NCBI GenBank assembly: GCA_013239625.1
Contig: MU053594.1
Coordinates: 2,670,127 to 2,734,126, forward strand
Source of the DNA: Lama guanicoe
Taxonomy: Eukaryota
DNA: 64,000 nucleotides
Direction of reading: 5' to 3'
This document shows, piece after piece, positions 25,261 to 38,269 of this stretch (positions are counted from its first letter, which is position 1; the number at the start of each line of letters is the position of its first letter). The notes beneath the pieces are model-generated. The model did not search any database, was not told where the DNA came from, and saw only the letters and a list, made by a program, of their open reading frames with translations. The position numbers and the translations under genes were made by a program.

Positions 25261-26265
25261 TCGGTCTCAGAGATGCAGGCAGCCCGCCCCACCCAGTCTT
25301 CCTGGGAAGGCAGCAAATTTCCAGACAAGTGCTTCCCAACAGGAGTCTGTGTTAGGTCAGCACTGTCTCCCAGATCCACATCCTCTATAATCTTTGATTA
25401 TGACCAACTTTCCCTTTCATGCTTCCTCCCTTACTTCCCCTAGAAGTGAATTTTTGTTGGTGGTTATTACTAGGGGTGGGGGATCCTTTGGAGCAGAAAA
25501 CTGTCACGAAAGAGACTTCCCCAGGAAGAGCGGGTGGTTTGTCTGATGGTTCAGGGGGCAGGAGCAGTGGGTTCTGCGGTGTCTTCGATGACAGTTCAGA
25601 CCCAGCTCTCCAGGGATGCTGCCAGATGCGCAGAAGCAGCTTGTTGTGACACTGCTGCTTTTCTTCCTGGAAGTATTCAGTTCGGCTCAGCTTGGAAAGG
25701 AGAATCTCTCCTCTCCTTTACCCCTGGGGCCATCCACAGGACAAGGTAATGGTGAGCCATGTGTGTCTCATGGTCTGAGTTATTTGTCTGGTAAAACTTC
25801 TGGAAACTGGGGGAAGGGGTGTGGACGTAGGGAATGTGTGCTCCAATGGACAAGTTCTCAGTAGAGACCCCTTGGCGGTCTCACCATGACCTCGATGGGA
25901 AGAGACCCCCTCCCGTCCTCCCTGAAGTATTCTGAGTCTCTGTGGCTATCTCCAGAGAGAATGTGCACACATTGACACCAGCCACACATACACACACTGA
26001 CATATTTGGGAATTGTGAGAACAAAGTCTAGGAAAGTGAAACATCATGGGAAGACCCTCCTCCCACCCTCAGCCCCCCTGGAGAGAGCATTCTGAGGAGT
26101 GGTAACAAAGGTCCTCGTCCTTTTGAAAACCATCTGTGAAACCCCCAAGGTCTCCCAACCATTTACAAAGTCCTACCTGGCCATGGTACCCCCAACCCCA
26201 GTCAACCACCTTTAGCTGTGGAAGCACTAGGAAGAAATCAAAACATTAAAATTAAAGTTTTTGTT

Positions 26266-26407
26266 GGGGAGGGTATAGCTCAATTGATAGAGTACTTGCT
26301 GAGCATGCACGAGGTCCTGGGTTCAATCCTCAGTGCCTCTATTAAAAAAAGTAAGTAAATAAACCCAATTACCTCCTCCCAAAAATCAACAACAAAAAAC
26401 CCCAAAT
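26266..26407 (+). mobile_element. tRNA-derived camelid-type SINE (vic-1-like)
   Basis: GGGGAGGGTATAGCTCAATTG (A-box), GGTTCAATCC (B-box), A-rich tail; TSD AAAA(T/C)TAAAGTTTT(T)GTT at 26248-26265 and 26408-26424. Confidence 0.92.
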
Positions 26408-27678
26408 AAAACTAAAGTTTTGTTTTGTTTATCTTGGGTCAGGTCAAATTCTCAGGCACAGCACACTTATTGAATCTATACACAAAGAAGGCTGCTGATG
26501 TAGGATGTACCATAACGCTATCTAGCACAAACCCCAGAGAAAGGGAAGGGGAGCTTGTTTTTCCCAGTAAACTTGTTGGTCTCTTATTCTTACTAACCTG
26601 TGAGACCACGAGAAAGCAGGGGCTGAATTCCCAGCCCCCAGTGCTAAGCGGGCTCTTGATCTACGTTTATTGAAAAAACAAAGGCATGATTTTCACATGA
26701 ATAAGCAGGGATCCCACCAGTCTCCCAGCACAATAGCTGGACACATTCTCTTTCTTCCCAAATTTCTCTCAAAAGCATCAGCTCAGAACTCCCTGGGCAG
26801 CTCCCTTGACAATGGTGTCTCCCCATCTGTGCTCGTGGGGTTTTCATGGGGGCGCAAAGAGAACCGCAAAGCAAGGAGGGCATCATTGCAAACAATTAGC
26901 AACACAGGACACAACACACTCAGAAACTGCAGCCACCAATGAATAGCCCTGTAAGAAAACAGTATTCAGGGTTGAGAGGCCAGGTCAGAGTCACAAGCAG
27001 GAGACAGAAAGAAGTACTTTGAGGTCTACAAGCTAAGCTTAAAGTGTCCAGAATTAACCTTACAATGTGAAACATGTTCAAAACACATCTCATCCATCCC
27101 CTCTCAACCCTTGCCACTCATCCTCAGGGACTCCCAACTTCTGAGGCACCTCGTGTGTCTAATTACTGGCGGGGAGAAGCTGGGGAACATTTCTGACTCT
27201 TTCCTGGGTTCCATTGATTCTCTCTGCTAAATGTTCATAGACTCTTTCTTTACCTGCTAAATGTTTCTGGACTCCATCCCATCCTCTGTACTTGCCTCTG
27301 TGCCTATGCTCTAGCTGGAGACGATTCTCTCTCTTCTGGCTTACGGCACTGCCCTCCTAATGGGTCTCCTGTCCTCCAAGCTGGCCCCCTCCCAGTTAGC
27401 ATCCCCTCACCCGAGAAAGAACACTCTTCCTGAAACTCACATCTTCTTCAGTCCTTTAAATAGAACCCAATCTCACCAAGAACCAGATTCAATTAGCATG
27501 ACCTACAAGCACTTGTGCAATGCTCCCCTCTCCAGCTCCCTCCCCTCCTCCTCCTTTCTGCTCTAATAATGGGGGGAGGGGTGTCTGTAGTTCCCATACA
27601 TACTTGGCTGTTCACTGGTCACACTTGCATGATTTTGTTCCTGTTCTCTCTCGGTCAACCTGCTTCTCCTGCTTCTTT

Positions 27679-28507
27679 GTTTTTTTGTTGTATATTTTTT
27701 TAATTGAAGTATAGTCAGTAACAATGTGTCAATTTCTGGTGTAAAGCATAATGTTTCAGTCATACATATACATATATATTCATTTTCATATTCTTTTTCA
27801 TTAGAGATTACTACAAGATATTGAATATAGTTCCCTGTGCTATACAGTATAAACTTGTTTATTTATTTTATGTATAGTTGTTAGTATCTGTAAATATCAA
27901 ACTCCCAATTTATCCCTTCCCACCCTCTTTCCCCACCATAGTAACCATATGATTGTTTACTATGTCTGTGAGTCTGTTTCTGTTTTGTAGTTAAGTTCAT
28001 TAGTGTCTTCTTTTCTTTCCTTTCCTCTTTTTCTTCTTTTAGATTTCACATATGAGTGACATCATATGGTATTTTTCTTTCTCTTTCTGGCTTACTTCAC
28101 TTAGAATGATGATCTCCAGATCCAACCATGTTGCTACAATGGCATTATTTTATTCTTTTTTATGGTGAATAGTATTCTATTGTATGCCACAGCTTCTTTA
28201 TCCAGTCATCTGTCAATGGACATTTAGGTTGTTTCCATATCTTGGCTATTGTATATAGTGCTTCTGTGAACATTGGGTTGCATGTATCTTTTCAAATTAG
28301 AGTTCCTTCCAGATATACACTCAGGAGTGGGATTGCTGGATCATATGATAAGTCTATTTTTAGTTTTTTGAGGAATCTCCACACTGTTTTCCACAATGGC
28401 TGCACCAAACCACATTCCCACCAACAGTGTAGGAGGGTCAGAATGGCCATTGTTAGAAAGTCCACAAACGATAAATGCTGGAGAGGGTGTGGAGAAACAG
28501 GACCTCA
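27679..28507 (-). mobile_element. L1 3' end with 5' inversion (twin-priming structure) and 11-bp TSD
   Basis: Antisense L1 to ~28438, then sense CAGAATGGCCATTGTTAGAAAGTCCACAAACGATAAATGCTGGAGAGGGTGTGGAGAAA; TSD CCTGCTTCTTT at 27668-27678 and 28508-28518, followed by TAAA (L1 EN-like TTTT/AA site). Confidence 0.93.
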
Positions 28508-30307
28508 CCTGCTTCTTTTAAACGTTTTTGTAGAATTAATTTTTATTTAATAAAGTATTCAGTAGACAGAGCTTTTTAAAAAACTTAAATAGCTAACTCC
28601 TATTTCTGATAAAATGTGACACTTCGTATCCCAAAACACTGGGTGATGCAAAACAACTAGAAACACTGAGTGAAAACTAACAATTTTTTGTTAGTTAACA
28701 AAAGGGAATGTTAACATAAAGGGAATATTTTTATTTGAGTGCATAAAATTTAGAAACATGTCAATGATAAGGAATGTCCCAAATGAAATATCAAAGGTGA
28801 AAAAGAGATTACAAAACAAAAAACAAATGGTTATAAAATGCCAAATCCCCTAAAGTGACCTATGAAGTTAGATAAATCTCACAAAACTCTGCAGAGTTTA
28901 GCTTGGGAGGTTGTTACTGTTCAGGGGTGTGTGTGTGTGTGGTTTTAAAAACCAATCAAAATTTATTGAGGTAAATATTGCATTACTTTGACAGATTTCT
29001 AATAACAACTCTTAACATGGGAAAGTCTTCATTGTTGTAAAAGTCTCCATGTGGTCATGTCAAACTTCAATGATGGTTTAAGGAACAGTCAGTCTCTTTT
29101 TTCAGTCAAAATACAATAGTGATGCTATCGAATTCTGTTGAGTCCCAGGATATGGAATTGATATATTCATGAAAACTGTATCAACGTTTAAAAAATATAT
29201 TATGAATATATTCTGTATCCTAAAACGCAATCTTAGGAGTTAAATGTTCCATCAAACTTCAGTCAGAGCAAATGTAGGATCAGATAAGTAATAGCAACCA
29301 AATTAAGGAGAAAGAAATCAAAGTCACTTGGCAGGAGAGGGAAAGCAGGAACACATCTGCTGAATCCAGCCTGTGTGTGAGCCTGGATCCCTCCTGAGGA
29401 CCAGGCAGTCCAGGGCACGGCTGGACTCTCCTCCTCTGTCCAGGGCTGCTTGTGGACCAACAGAGGCAAAGAGCCTCTTGGAGAAAGCTGGCCTAGGGTC
29501 CAGCAGAGGTCAGTGAGATGGGCCAGGAGGAAGTGGCCGGCTGTCCACTCCATCCCAGTGACCACACAGGCCACCTCATTCTAGCCACACTCTGTACTGA
29601 GACAGTCCCTAGACACAGGGGTCCCTACAGCAGTGAAATTATCAGTGGCCTCAGACATGTTCGTGAGATTTAGGTGGTTATGTTTTCCCCCATCTGTTTC
29701 ATTTGTGAACTTTCACAGTGACCTTCCCATCAGCACGCGAATCTTCCCAAATGAAATGTTCTCCGGGTCTGCTCGTGCCTCCCAGACTGTTACCACCACC
29801 TCCAGCTGCCTCCTCCCGAAACACAACAGGCTGGCTTGGCTCTGGGCCCACCAGCCAGAACCTTTTCATCTGCAAGTTAAGCTCCCACTTTCCGACCAGG
29901 CTTGTGGTGAGAACTGTGCAAACGTTACAAGGTTAAACAGTTCAGTTTGTCCAATGGCCTTGGATGGCAGAGTGTCCTCCAAACTTTTCCAAACCCCAGA
30001 GATTTATCTAAATTATCTAACTTGTGAGAACAAGATCTCTCAGGAGAGGAAAATGCTTTCTCTTTCAGAATGAGCTTTAGAATCAAGGATTCACTTTCTC
30101 AGGGCAAGTCTGTGCTCCGACTTTTGGCTACAGACTCAACCAAAGAATGAAAAGAAATAGGAAAATGTTTCAGGGTCAGAAGCTCAATAGACATTTCCAG
30201 TCAGGCTGAATGCAATGGTTAGATGAGTCTGACAGAGATCACAGCACTCAGTAGATGTAAAAATGGGTTTCTTGTTTTAATTCAGTCTGAGCTTTCAGTT
30301 ATACATT

Positions 30308-30395
30308 GTGGGGGATGGGGGTAGAGCACATGCTTAGCATGCACAAGGTCCTGGGTTCAATCCCCAGTACTTCCACTACCCCTGCAAAAATAATA
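30308..30395 (+). mobile_element. Internally deleted tRNA-derived SINE
   Basis: GGTAGAGCACATGCTTAGCATGCACAAGGTCCTGGGTTCAATCCCCAGTAC; A-box largely lost; ATACATT repeated at 30301-30307 and 30396-30402. Confidence 0.88.
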
Positions 30396-30769
30396 ATACA
30401 TTACAGGCAGTTGGGTTGGGGCTTGTGGAGAGCTGCTTGGAGACATCTGTATAGGATCTTATGCTTGGAAATTACCTTCCTGTCACCTCATTCCTCTACC
30501 ATGATGCTCGAAATATGAGCTTCAAAGTTTAGATGAAGGATGAGAATCCACTGTGGAGATCTGTAGCTGCTCAGCCCTCTTGTGGTGCCACATGGACTGC
30601 ATATCTGGCAAAAGTTCCCCAGCACATTAATCTCAGAATCAAACGGGGCCAATTTTGACTTGTCAGCCTCTGTTCTTTCTCCTCCCCAAGGATCTTTTGG
30701 TATTTTAAATACCTGTGAGCCAAATAAAGAGATGCATAATTGAAATCACCTTATTGAAAGGCTGATGGG

Positions 30770-31313
30770 CAACAGATGACTGGATAAAGAAGCTGTGGTA
30801 TATATACAGTGGAATATTACTCAGCCATAAAAAAGAATGAAATAAGGCCATTTGTAGCAACATGGATGGACGTGGAGGTTACCATATTGAGTGAAATAAG
30901 TCAGACAGAGAAAGACAAATATCATATGGCATCGCTTACATGTGGAATCAAAAAAAATGATACAAATTCTATTTACAAACCAAAAACACACTCATGGACA
31001 TAGAAAACAAACTACAGTTGCCAAAGAGGAAAGGGCAGGGGAGGGATAAATTAGGGGTTGGGGATTAATAGATACACATTACTACACATAAAATAGAAAA
31101 ACAACAGTGTCCTACTGTATAGCACAGGGAACTATATTCAATTCCTTGTAATAACATAGTGGAAAAGAATCTGGAAAGAAAAAAAAATGCATGTATATGT
31201 GTAACTGAATCACTTTGCTGTACCCCTGAAAATATCATTGTAAGTCAACTATACTTCAATGAACAATTATGAATAAAGAAAGAAAGAAAGAAGAAAGGAT
31301 GGAAGGAAAGAAT
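30770..31313 (+). mobile_element. 5'-truncated L1 (ORF2 C-terminus + 3' UTR + (GAAA)n tail)
   Basis: ORF 30809-31003 EYYSAIKKNEIRPFVATWMDVE…LSEISQTEKDKYHM is the L1 ORF2 end; L1 3' UTR follows. Confidence 0.93.
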
Positions 31314-32850
31314 GAGGCCAAGGTGGCGGAATAGAAGGATGCTCGTAGCTCACCCTCTCCCACAAATACACCAAGACTCACATCCACAGACCCACTCAGC
31401 CAACCAGAGCACCTGCAGAGCTCTGACAGAACATCACCCTCTTCAAAAGACAAAGACACCAAAAATCTGGTAGGAGAAAAGGAAAAAAGAAAGAAGATAA
31501 CTCATGAATTACAAATAGAATAAACACGAAATTGTAAAAGAAGACATCTAAAACATTAAGAGTGGGAGAGGGAAGCAAGAAAATACAGAGGTTTTTTTTC
31601 CTTTATTTTTTAATTTTTTTTTTTGTTTTCAGTAGGACGGGTTCGAGATATAGTAATGGGCTAACAGACTTACAAAAAAGGGTAACCACAAGCCAAAAAC
31701 TCAAGGGAGGCACAAAAACTAAATAAAATCCAAGATAATACAAAGGAAAATTACCAAACCACAAAAGGAAGAAGAAAGGAACAAAGAGGAAATATCAAAT
31801 CAACTGCAAAAATAAGTTCAAAACGGCAATAAACAAACATCTATCATTAATTACTGTAAATGTTAATGGACTAAATGCTCCAGTCAAAAGACGTAGAATG
31901 GCAGACTGGATAATAAAGCAAGAACCTTCAATATGCTGCATACAAGAGACCCACTTTAGGGAGAAGGACACATATAGATTGAGAGTGAAAGGATGGAAAA
32001 GGATATTCCATGCAAATGGAAAAGCCAAAAAAGCAGGTGTAGCCATACTAATTTCAGACAAAATAGACTTTAAAACAAAGGCCATAAAGAAAGATAAAGA
32101 AGGACATTTTATAATGATTAAAGGAGTAATACAAGAGGAGGATATGACATTCATTAATATATATGCACCCAACATAGGAGCACCTTAACACATAAAGCAA
32201 TTACTAACAAAAATAAATGGGGATATTGATTGGAATACAATCATCGTTGGAGATTTTAACACCACATTAACATCACTAGACAGATCTTCCAGACAGAAAA
32301 TAAATAAGGCAACAGAGAAATTAAATAATACAATAGAAAAATTAGATTTGGTGGATATTTTCAGAGCATTACATCCCCCCAAAATAGGATATACATTCTT
32401 TTCAAGTGCACATGGAACATTTTCTATGATTGATCATGTACTTGGGCACAAAAGAAGCCTCAACAATTTTAAGAAGATAGAAATTATCTCAAGCATCTTT
32501 ACTGACTACAATGCCATGAAACTATCAATCAACTACAGAGAAACAAATGAGAAAAAAAGGAAAACATCGAGATTAAACAACATGCTTAAAAAAACCAAAG
32601 GGTCAATGATGAAACCAAAGTTGAAATAAAAAAACCTTGAAATTTGTTTTTGAAATTGTAGAACAGATAAACAAGATTATATTGTATAGCACAGGGAAAT
32701 ATATACAAGATCTTATGGTAGCTCACACAGAAAAAAATGTGACTATGAATACATATATGTTCATTTACCACTGAAAAATTGTGCTCTTCATTGGAATTTG
32801 ACACAACATTGTAAAATAATTATAACTCAAAAAAATGTTAATAAAAAGAA
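31314..32850 (+). mobile_element. Internally deleted L1 ('mini-L1'): 5' end + inter-ORF region + ORF2 endonuclease + 3' UTR terminus
   Basis: Starts GAGGCCAAGGTGGCGGAATAGAAGG (L1 5' AAGATGGCG-like motif); no ORF1-length region; EN domain at 31823-32640; abrupt switch to L1 3' UTR at ~32640-32655; A-rich tail. Confidence 0.88.
31823..32640 (+). pseudogene. Decayed L1 ORF2 APE-type endonuclease domain
   Basis: (ACG)AINKHLSLITVNVNGLNAPVKRRRMADWIIKQEPSICCIQETH…NIYAPN…IVGDFNT…YTFFSSAHGTFSMIDHVLGH…FTDYNA. Start codon is ACG, there is an in-frame TAA at 32186-32188 and a probable frameshift near 32587. Confidence 0.95.
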
Positions 32851-34469
32851 AGAAAGGAAGGAAGGAATGGAAGGCTGGCCAATCCTGCAGCCTCCATCAG
32901 CCCCTCACTCATTCGTGCAGTGAGGATTTACAGAGAGCGCATTAGGTACCAGGCGCAGTGGCCAGGTCTGTGGGAAACACCTCTCTCTGGGCCTTCTCAT
33001 TACCCCAAGAAGCAGCTGTACCACTCATTTTTCCCCTCTTTGGTTACGCTTTCAGTGTCAGCTGGAAGTTGTGCATTTCCACAAAGATCGAGCGCCCTGG
33101 AGGATGGCAGAGCTATGTGAAACGTTCCAAACTGTGCTCAGTAGAAGCGTTCCATTAAATTTCTCAGTCTTTATCAGGAGAACATTACAAGCTGTTCTTC
33201 TTGTAGGCCATCCAGCTAGAGTGAATGGCAGCCACGATATAGGGCCTGTCTGACCCCCCCCGCCTGTTTCTTTTATTTGGAATCAGACCTTGGCGGGTTA
33301 GCCATGTCACTCTGTCCTCAGAGGACTTTGCCCTGGCAGCAGGCGTGTGCCATTTCTGCTTTCCCACAAGGTAAAACCTTCATCCGTTTGGTCCCAAAGA
33401 GGGTAACAGTTTACACAAGTGCTACAGAATGCAAGAATGCAAAAGCTGGTGTTCTTACTTCATGTTGCTTGATGAGGTCTTGCCATGTTGTCTCTGAATA
33501 CATTGTTTAAATGCTCATGGCCTCGGTTTCTCATTTAAACCAAAGTGAAAACATTAACTTGTTTTAGGAATTCCCTAAGGCTTTATGCCTGAAACAATAT
33601 CTGTCAGTTTCTGGATACTCAAAGGATGTATTTATTGAATGGATATGTTGCTTGGGACATGAAACATGGCAAATAAAAAGAGGAACGTACGTTGGAGGTG
33701 AGAGCATGCGTTCAATTTTAATTTTGGACACTGAGTTAGAAATGTCTGGGGGACAGCCAGCATAGGTGACCTAGTTGATAGTTGGAGATGGGAGCCTACA
33801 GGTCAAGAAAGCCATTAGGGCATCTCCTCCTCTGGAGAGCCCACCTGTGGCTCACCCTCCCCAAGCCTAGATAAGATGCATGTACTTATTTCTCACAGTT
33901 ATCATCCGTGATGCTTTTTATTTGTCTCCATCTTTATAGTGTGGGCTCCTTGAGACCACGGACTGTATCTTGTGGATCAATTTTATCCTCAGGACCTAGA
34001 GTGGTCCATAGTACAAGGCAGATAGTCAATACTGTGTGTTGACTAGATGATCAAATGAATGGTGCTTAATGAAAAAGTAAGTTGTTTTTCAAATCCTGGG
34101 CACTTCTCTTAACCAGCCCTCTATCCCCACATCCAAATGGTGACAAGGTCCATCTGTTTTCCTTCTTTCTCTAGGACTTCAAGAAGCTCACCTGATGGTG
34201 ACAACAACCCTAACAAAAATCCATTGGCTTCCAGGCTTGCCTCTGCTCCCAAATTCACCCTCAACTCCTCTCCTCAAGTCTCCATTGATAAATGGAGATC
34301 TGCCTCAGGTAACTTTTCTGTTGAGAAGCCTGGAAAGGCGCCTCATTTCTTTTGAGATAAAACCCAAACTATTTCCTGAGGCATGTAAGACCGTTTGGAA
34401 TCATGCTTCTGCTCCCTGTCTGTCCTGCACCTCTCCATTTTCTAGGCTCTAGAGTCAGAGAAGCTTAAG

Positions 34470-34685
34470 TTTCCAGCTTAACTGCTTATTCACAAACATT
34501 CAAGGGTAAGTTGGTTCATCTGGACCTCAACTTCATCAACTGTAAATTGGATAAGTTACTACTACCTATTTTTGAGATTATCATGTGGATCAAAAACCAA
34601 CAAACAAGTAGACAAACATGGAAGTTGCTTAGCAGGATAACTGCACATGGTGAGAGTTAAATAAATGTTAGCCGTTACTTTTATT
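34470..34685 (+). mobile_element. MIR SINE remnant
   Basis: GGGTAAGTT…CCTCAACTTCATCAACTGTAAATTGG…GTGGATCAAA…ATAAATGTTAGC. Confidence 0.65.
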
Positions 34686-35054
34686 ATCATGGTCGCCTGT
34701 TTCAGACATTTCTTGCTCACTCTCTCTCTTTTGTGTCCTATCTGTTTCTCCTGTCTCCCCTTCTTTGTCTAATTAATTTCTCAAGACTTAAGACTCAACT
34801 CAGATTTCATCTAACTAAGGAGTACTTTCTTGAGCCTCTCATCCTGGGTAGAAGTTTTTTTTATGGATTCCTCAAGAACTGTTTATCTACTTTTATTTAT
34901 TCTAGTGTTCCATAAATAGTTTTTATAGATAGTTTATAAATAAATGACAAAAAATTATTGGATTCATCTAGTTTCACTATACTATGAGATTCCCAAAGGC
35001 AAAAGAACATTTCACATGGTACCTGGTGCATCACAAGTATTCAATTCATGCTTT

Positions 35055-35143
35055 AGGAAGGAAAGAAGGAAGGAAGGAAGGAAGGAAGGAAGGAAGGAAG
35101 GAAGGGAGGGAGGAAGGAAGGATGGAAGCAAGGAAGGAAGGGA
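35055..35143. repeat. (GGAA)n microsatellite
   Basis: AGGAAGGAAAGAAGGAAGGAAGGAAGG…. Confidence 0.95.
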
Positions 35144-37559
35144 GGTGATTTTAAGAGAAGCAGGAAATGTGGAAGAAAAGGAGGTCTTGGCAGGAGGAAA
35201 ACATTCAGTTTAAGACATATTTGAGCTGATTAGCAAACATGGGTTTACAGCCTGGAGCTCAAGAGAAAGACCAAGGGGAGAGATACAGACTTGGGAGATG
35301 CAGCATATGGATGGTGGTTGAAGGCATGAGAGTAGTTGCAACCACTTGGGGTGGGGGGAGTTCAGAAAGAGAAGAAGTCAAAGACAGCTTCCTGGGAGAC
35401 ACCAATATTTAAGGGACAGGCAAAAGACTACCCAGCAAAAGAGAATGTTCTTCCTTCCTTGAACCTAAGTGTAGTTTCAAAATCCCTCCCTTGTGACCTG
35501 AATATCTAAGATTTCAGAACGCAGAACATTCCATCTCTCTTTCAAGGGGCAACCAACTAGGTTAAGTAAATGTTATTGAGTCCTGTGCCAAACAGCTGTG
35601 TCCTTGTCCAGCCCAATTTCTCATCACTATTTGGTCAAGTCTTCCCGCCCTCCCCAATTACACATTCTGTTTTCCACCTCCTCCTTCACCACCCCAACCC
35701 TTCAATCTTAGAGCCTTTGCTTATGCTGACCTTCCCATCTGAACTGTCCTCACTCATCTTAATTTATCTCAAGTCCTTTCAGCCTCTAATGCTTCTCCTA
35801 AGATCTGCCCTCTCCATGAAGCCTTCCTCAATCATTCGGGTTCACTCCGACCCCCCTCTTTCATGTCTGGATTTGTGGGACCCACACTGACTCTGCCTTG
35901 TTTGTTGGTTTGGTTGTTCTCAAAACAACTATCAAGTAGACTTGTGTTCCTCCAAGTTGGAAGCTACATCTTTAGTAACTACGGTGTCATGTCTTAATTG
36001 CCCAAACTCATAACTAGATAGTGCATGCACACTCTTGTCTCCCTTACCCTGAGATCTTCCTCTCCTCCCCCTTTCTGGAGACTTCTGGGCTGCCCTGGGA
36101 GTGGAGGTACGGCTATGGCTTGGGTGGTCTGGCATTGTCTGGCTAAGCAGTAGAGCTACTGAACACTAGAAGGTCTCCAGTGGCCTCAAAGAGTTAAAAC
36201 ACATCCTGGAGGGTCCAGTTTGCAGAGAGCCAGCTTTAAGCCAAAGTTAGCAAAGATAATTCCCCCCTTAGTCAGAAAATTCTGTCAAGTTCAGTTGAGT
36301 GCAGGGTGAAGAAAGAATGTTGGCAAAATAGAAATCTTTTTTTAAAAAGTGGGTTGAGTTGGTGTCTTAGGGACATAAGCAGGACTCTTAATCCTGACAA
36401 CCTTGGAATCTGGCATAGAGAAACCAACTGCTGGGGACAAACATGCCTGTGGGCTGAGGAAGAACAGGCTAGGGGGAGGGGGCTCCAGGTAAGGCCACTG
36501 CCTCTGGTCACAGAGAAGACTGGTGGGTGGTCAATGAGGCCTCTTGGCTACAGCTGCCCTCCCAAGGCCCCATTTGCACTCTGTGCTGAGAACAGGCAGG
36601 TCCCTAACACCAAGACCCAGACCAGACCCCACACTTGGCCTGAATCCTAGTAAGTTTGTAGAATTCTGGGTATTCCCAGAGCTTGATAGAAATGCCATGC
36701 TTTCATCTCTTATGAAAATTCCTTTCAAAATGACCTATTTAAGACAGACTCGGTCATTGCCAGTATTGCTTCACATGAAATCTGCATTGCCAGATGGAGC
36801 ACATATCTAAATAAGAGGGGTCAATAGCAATGACCACCACTAAGAGGGTAACGTCAATGTGCCAGGCATGGTGTGGAGGCATTAATAGACACTATCACGG
36901 CCATGAGAGGTGGGATTCATTATCCCCATTTTGCAGAATGGCAAACAGTGGAGAAGGACCTTGGAACAACCTAAACTCCACCAGTTAATCTTTCATTTAA
37001 ATCTTTCCAGGGGGCCTACTGTACATGTAGCTTCAATCTAGGGGTGCCACAGCAGTGAATAAGACAGACAAGATTTCTGCCATCACTGAGTCTACATTCT
37101 GGAGTGGAGTTGGAATGGAAGGGACGGGAGGGACTGATAAAGCAAATGATAAACAGCATCATTTTAAACAGAGCAATTACAAATAAAAACAATGTGATGT
37201 GATTGGTGGATGGCGGGTACCAGGAACAACTTTAGACAGTGATGTGTCTTAGGTCATAAACCACTTATTTGTTGGGAAAAACTACTTAACTTCTCTGGGC
37301 CTCGGTGATCTCATCCATAGAGTGGGTACATGAATAGTGTCTACCTTATGGTCACTGTGAGGATCAAGTGAGCTGTGAAGTTCCCAGCACACAGTAGGTA
37401 CTTGATAAGTGCTGGCTGGTGGCTATTATTAGGTTAAAGGACTCACCTTAAATCACTCCCACTCATGATTCACCTCCTTCCTTCAAACGCACTCATCCTT
37501 GACAGGATATCACTGTGGTTTGGATGTTCACAGACCTTTCTCCTATTTTAAATTTATGT

Positions 37560-37660
37560 AAAATGCTACCACCGGGGGATGCTGGATGGAGGACCTCTCT
37601 GTACTATCTTTGCAACTTTCTGTGGATCTATATTTCAAATTAAAGGCTTTTAAAAAAAAA
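37560..37660 (+). mobile_element. Old L1M 3' terminal fragment
   Basis: GGACCTCTCTGTACTATCTTTGCAACTTTCTGTGGATCTA…AAAAAAAAA. Confidence 0.7.
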
Positions 37661-38269
37661 TGGGTCAGGCTCAAAACTGAGTTATTTCCCTACCTGTTCG
37701 ATTGTTTTTACCTTTAGATAGGTGATAGGAGAATTAAATTAGTTAGTATGTGTCGGAGCACCTAGAACAATGCCTAGGAGAATAAAAACAATGCAGGGTA
37801 ACTAGTTTTACTGCCTTCAGGTTCACTTGGCCTATTTTCTTAGATGTTTCTTTCTAAGGACCAGCATGGTCCTCCTATCGAAGTGTTTGGAGGTGGACCC
37901 TATCTCATAATGACTTCTCCAGCCCTGCGATGCCTGAGAGCAAGACTTCTCAATATTGAATTAACATGCCAATCACATAACGGTCTCATTTTAAAATGTC
38001 AGTTCTGAATGTGGTTGGTCAGTTGGTCAATAGACAGAGTTTCTGATCCCAGGAGCTTTAGGTAACAAGAGATGATATGAACCTTCTCATGCAGGCTTCT
38101 GCCATAAATGCTTCCACAGCGCAGGAAGAGAGGAAGTGCTGGGGGAGCGCTTTGGAAAGATGGCGCATCGTCAGGTGACTGGTGCCATCCCTGCCTTTCC
38201 AAGGGGAAGAGGCACGGGGGAGGGGGAGCTCCGTGGCTTCACACGTATTATCTCATTAATTGTCATTCA

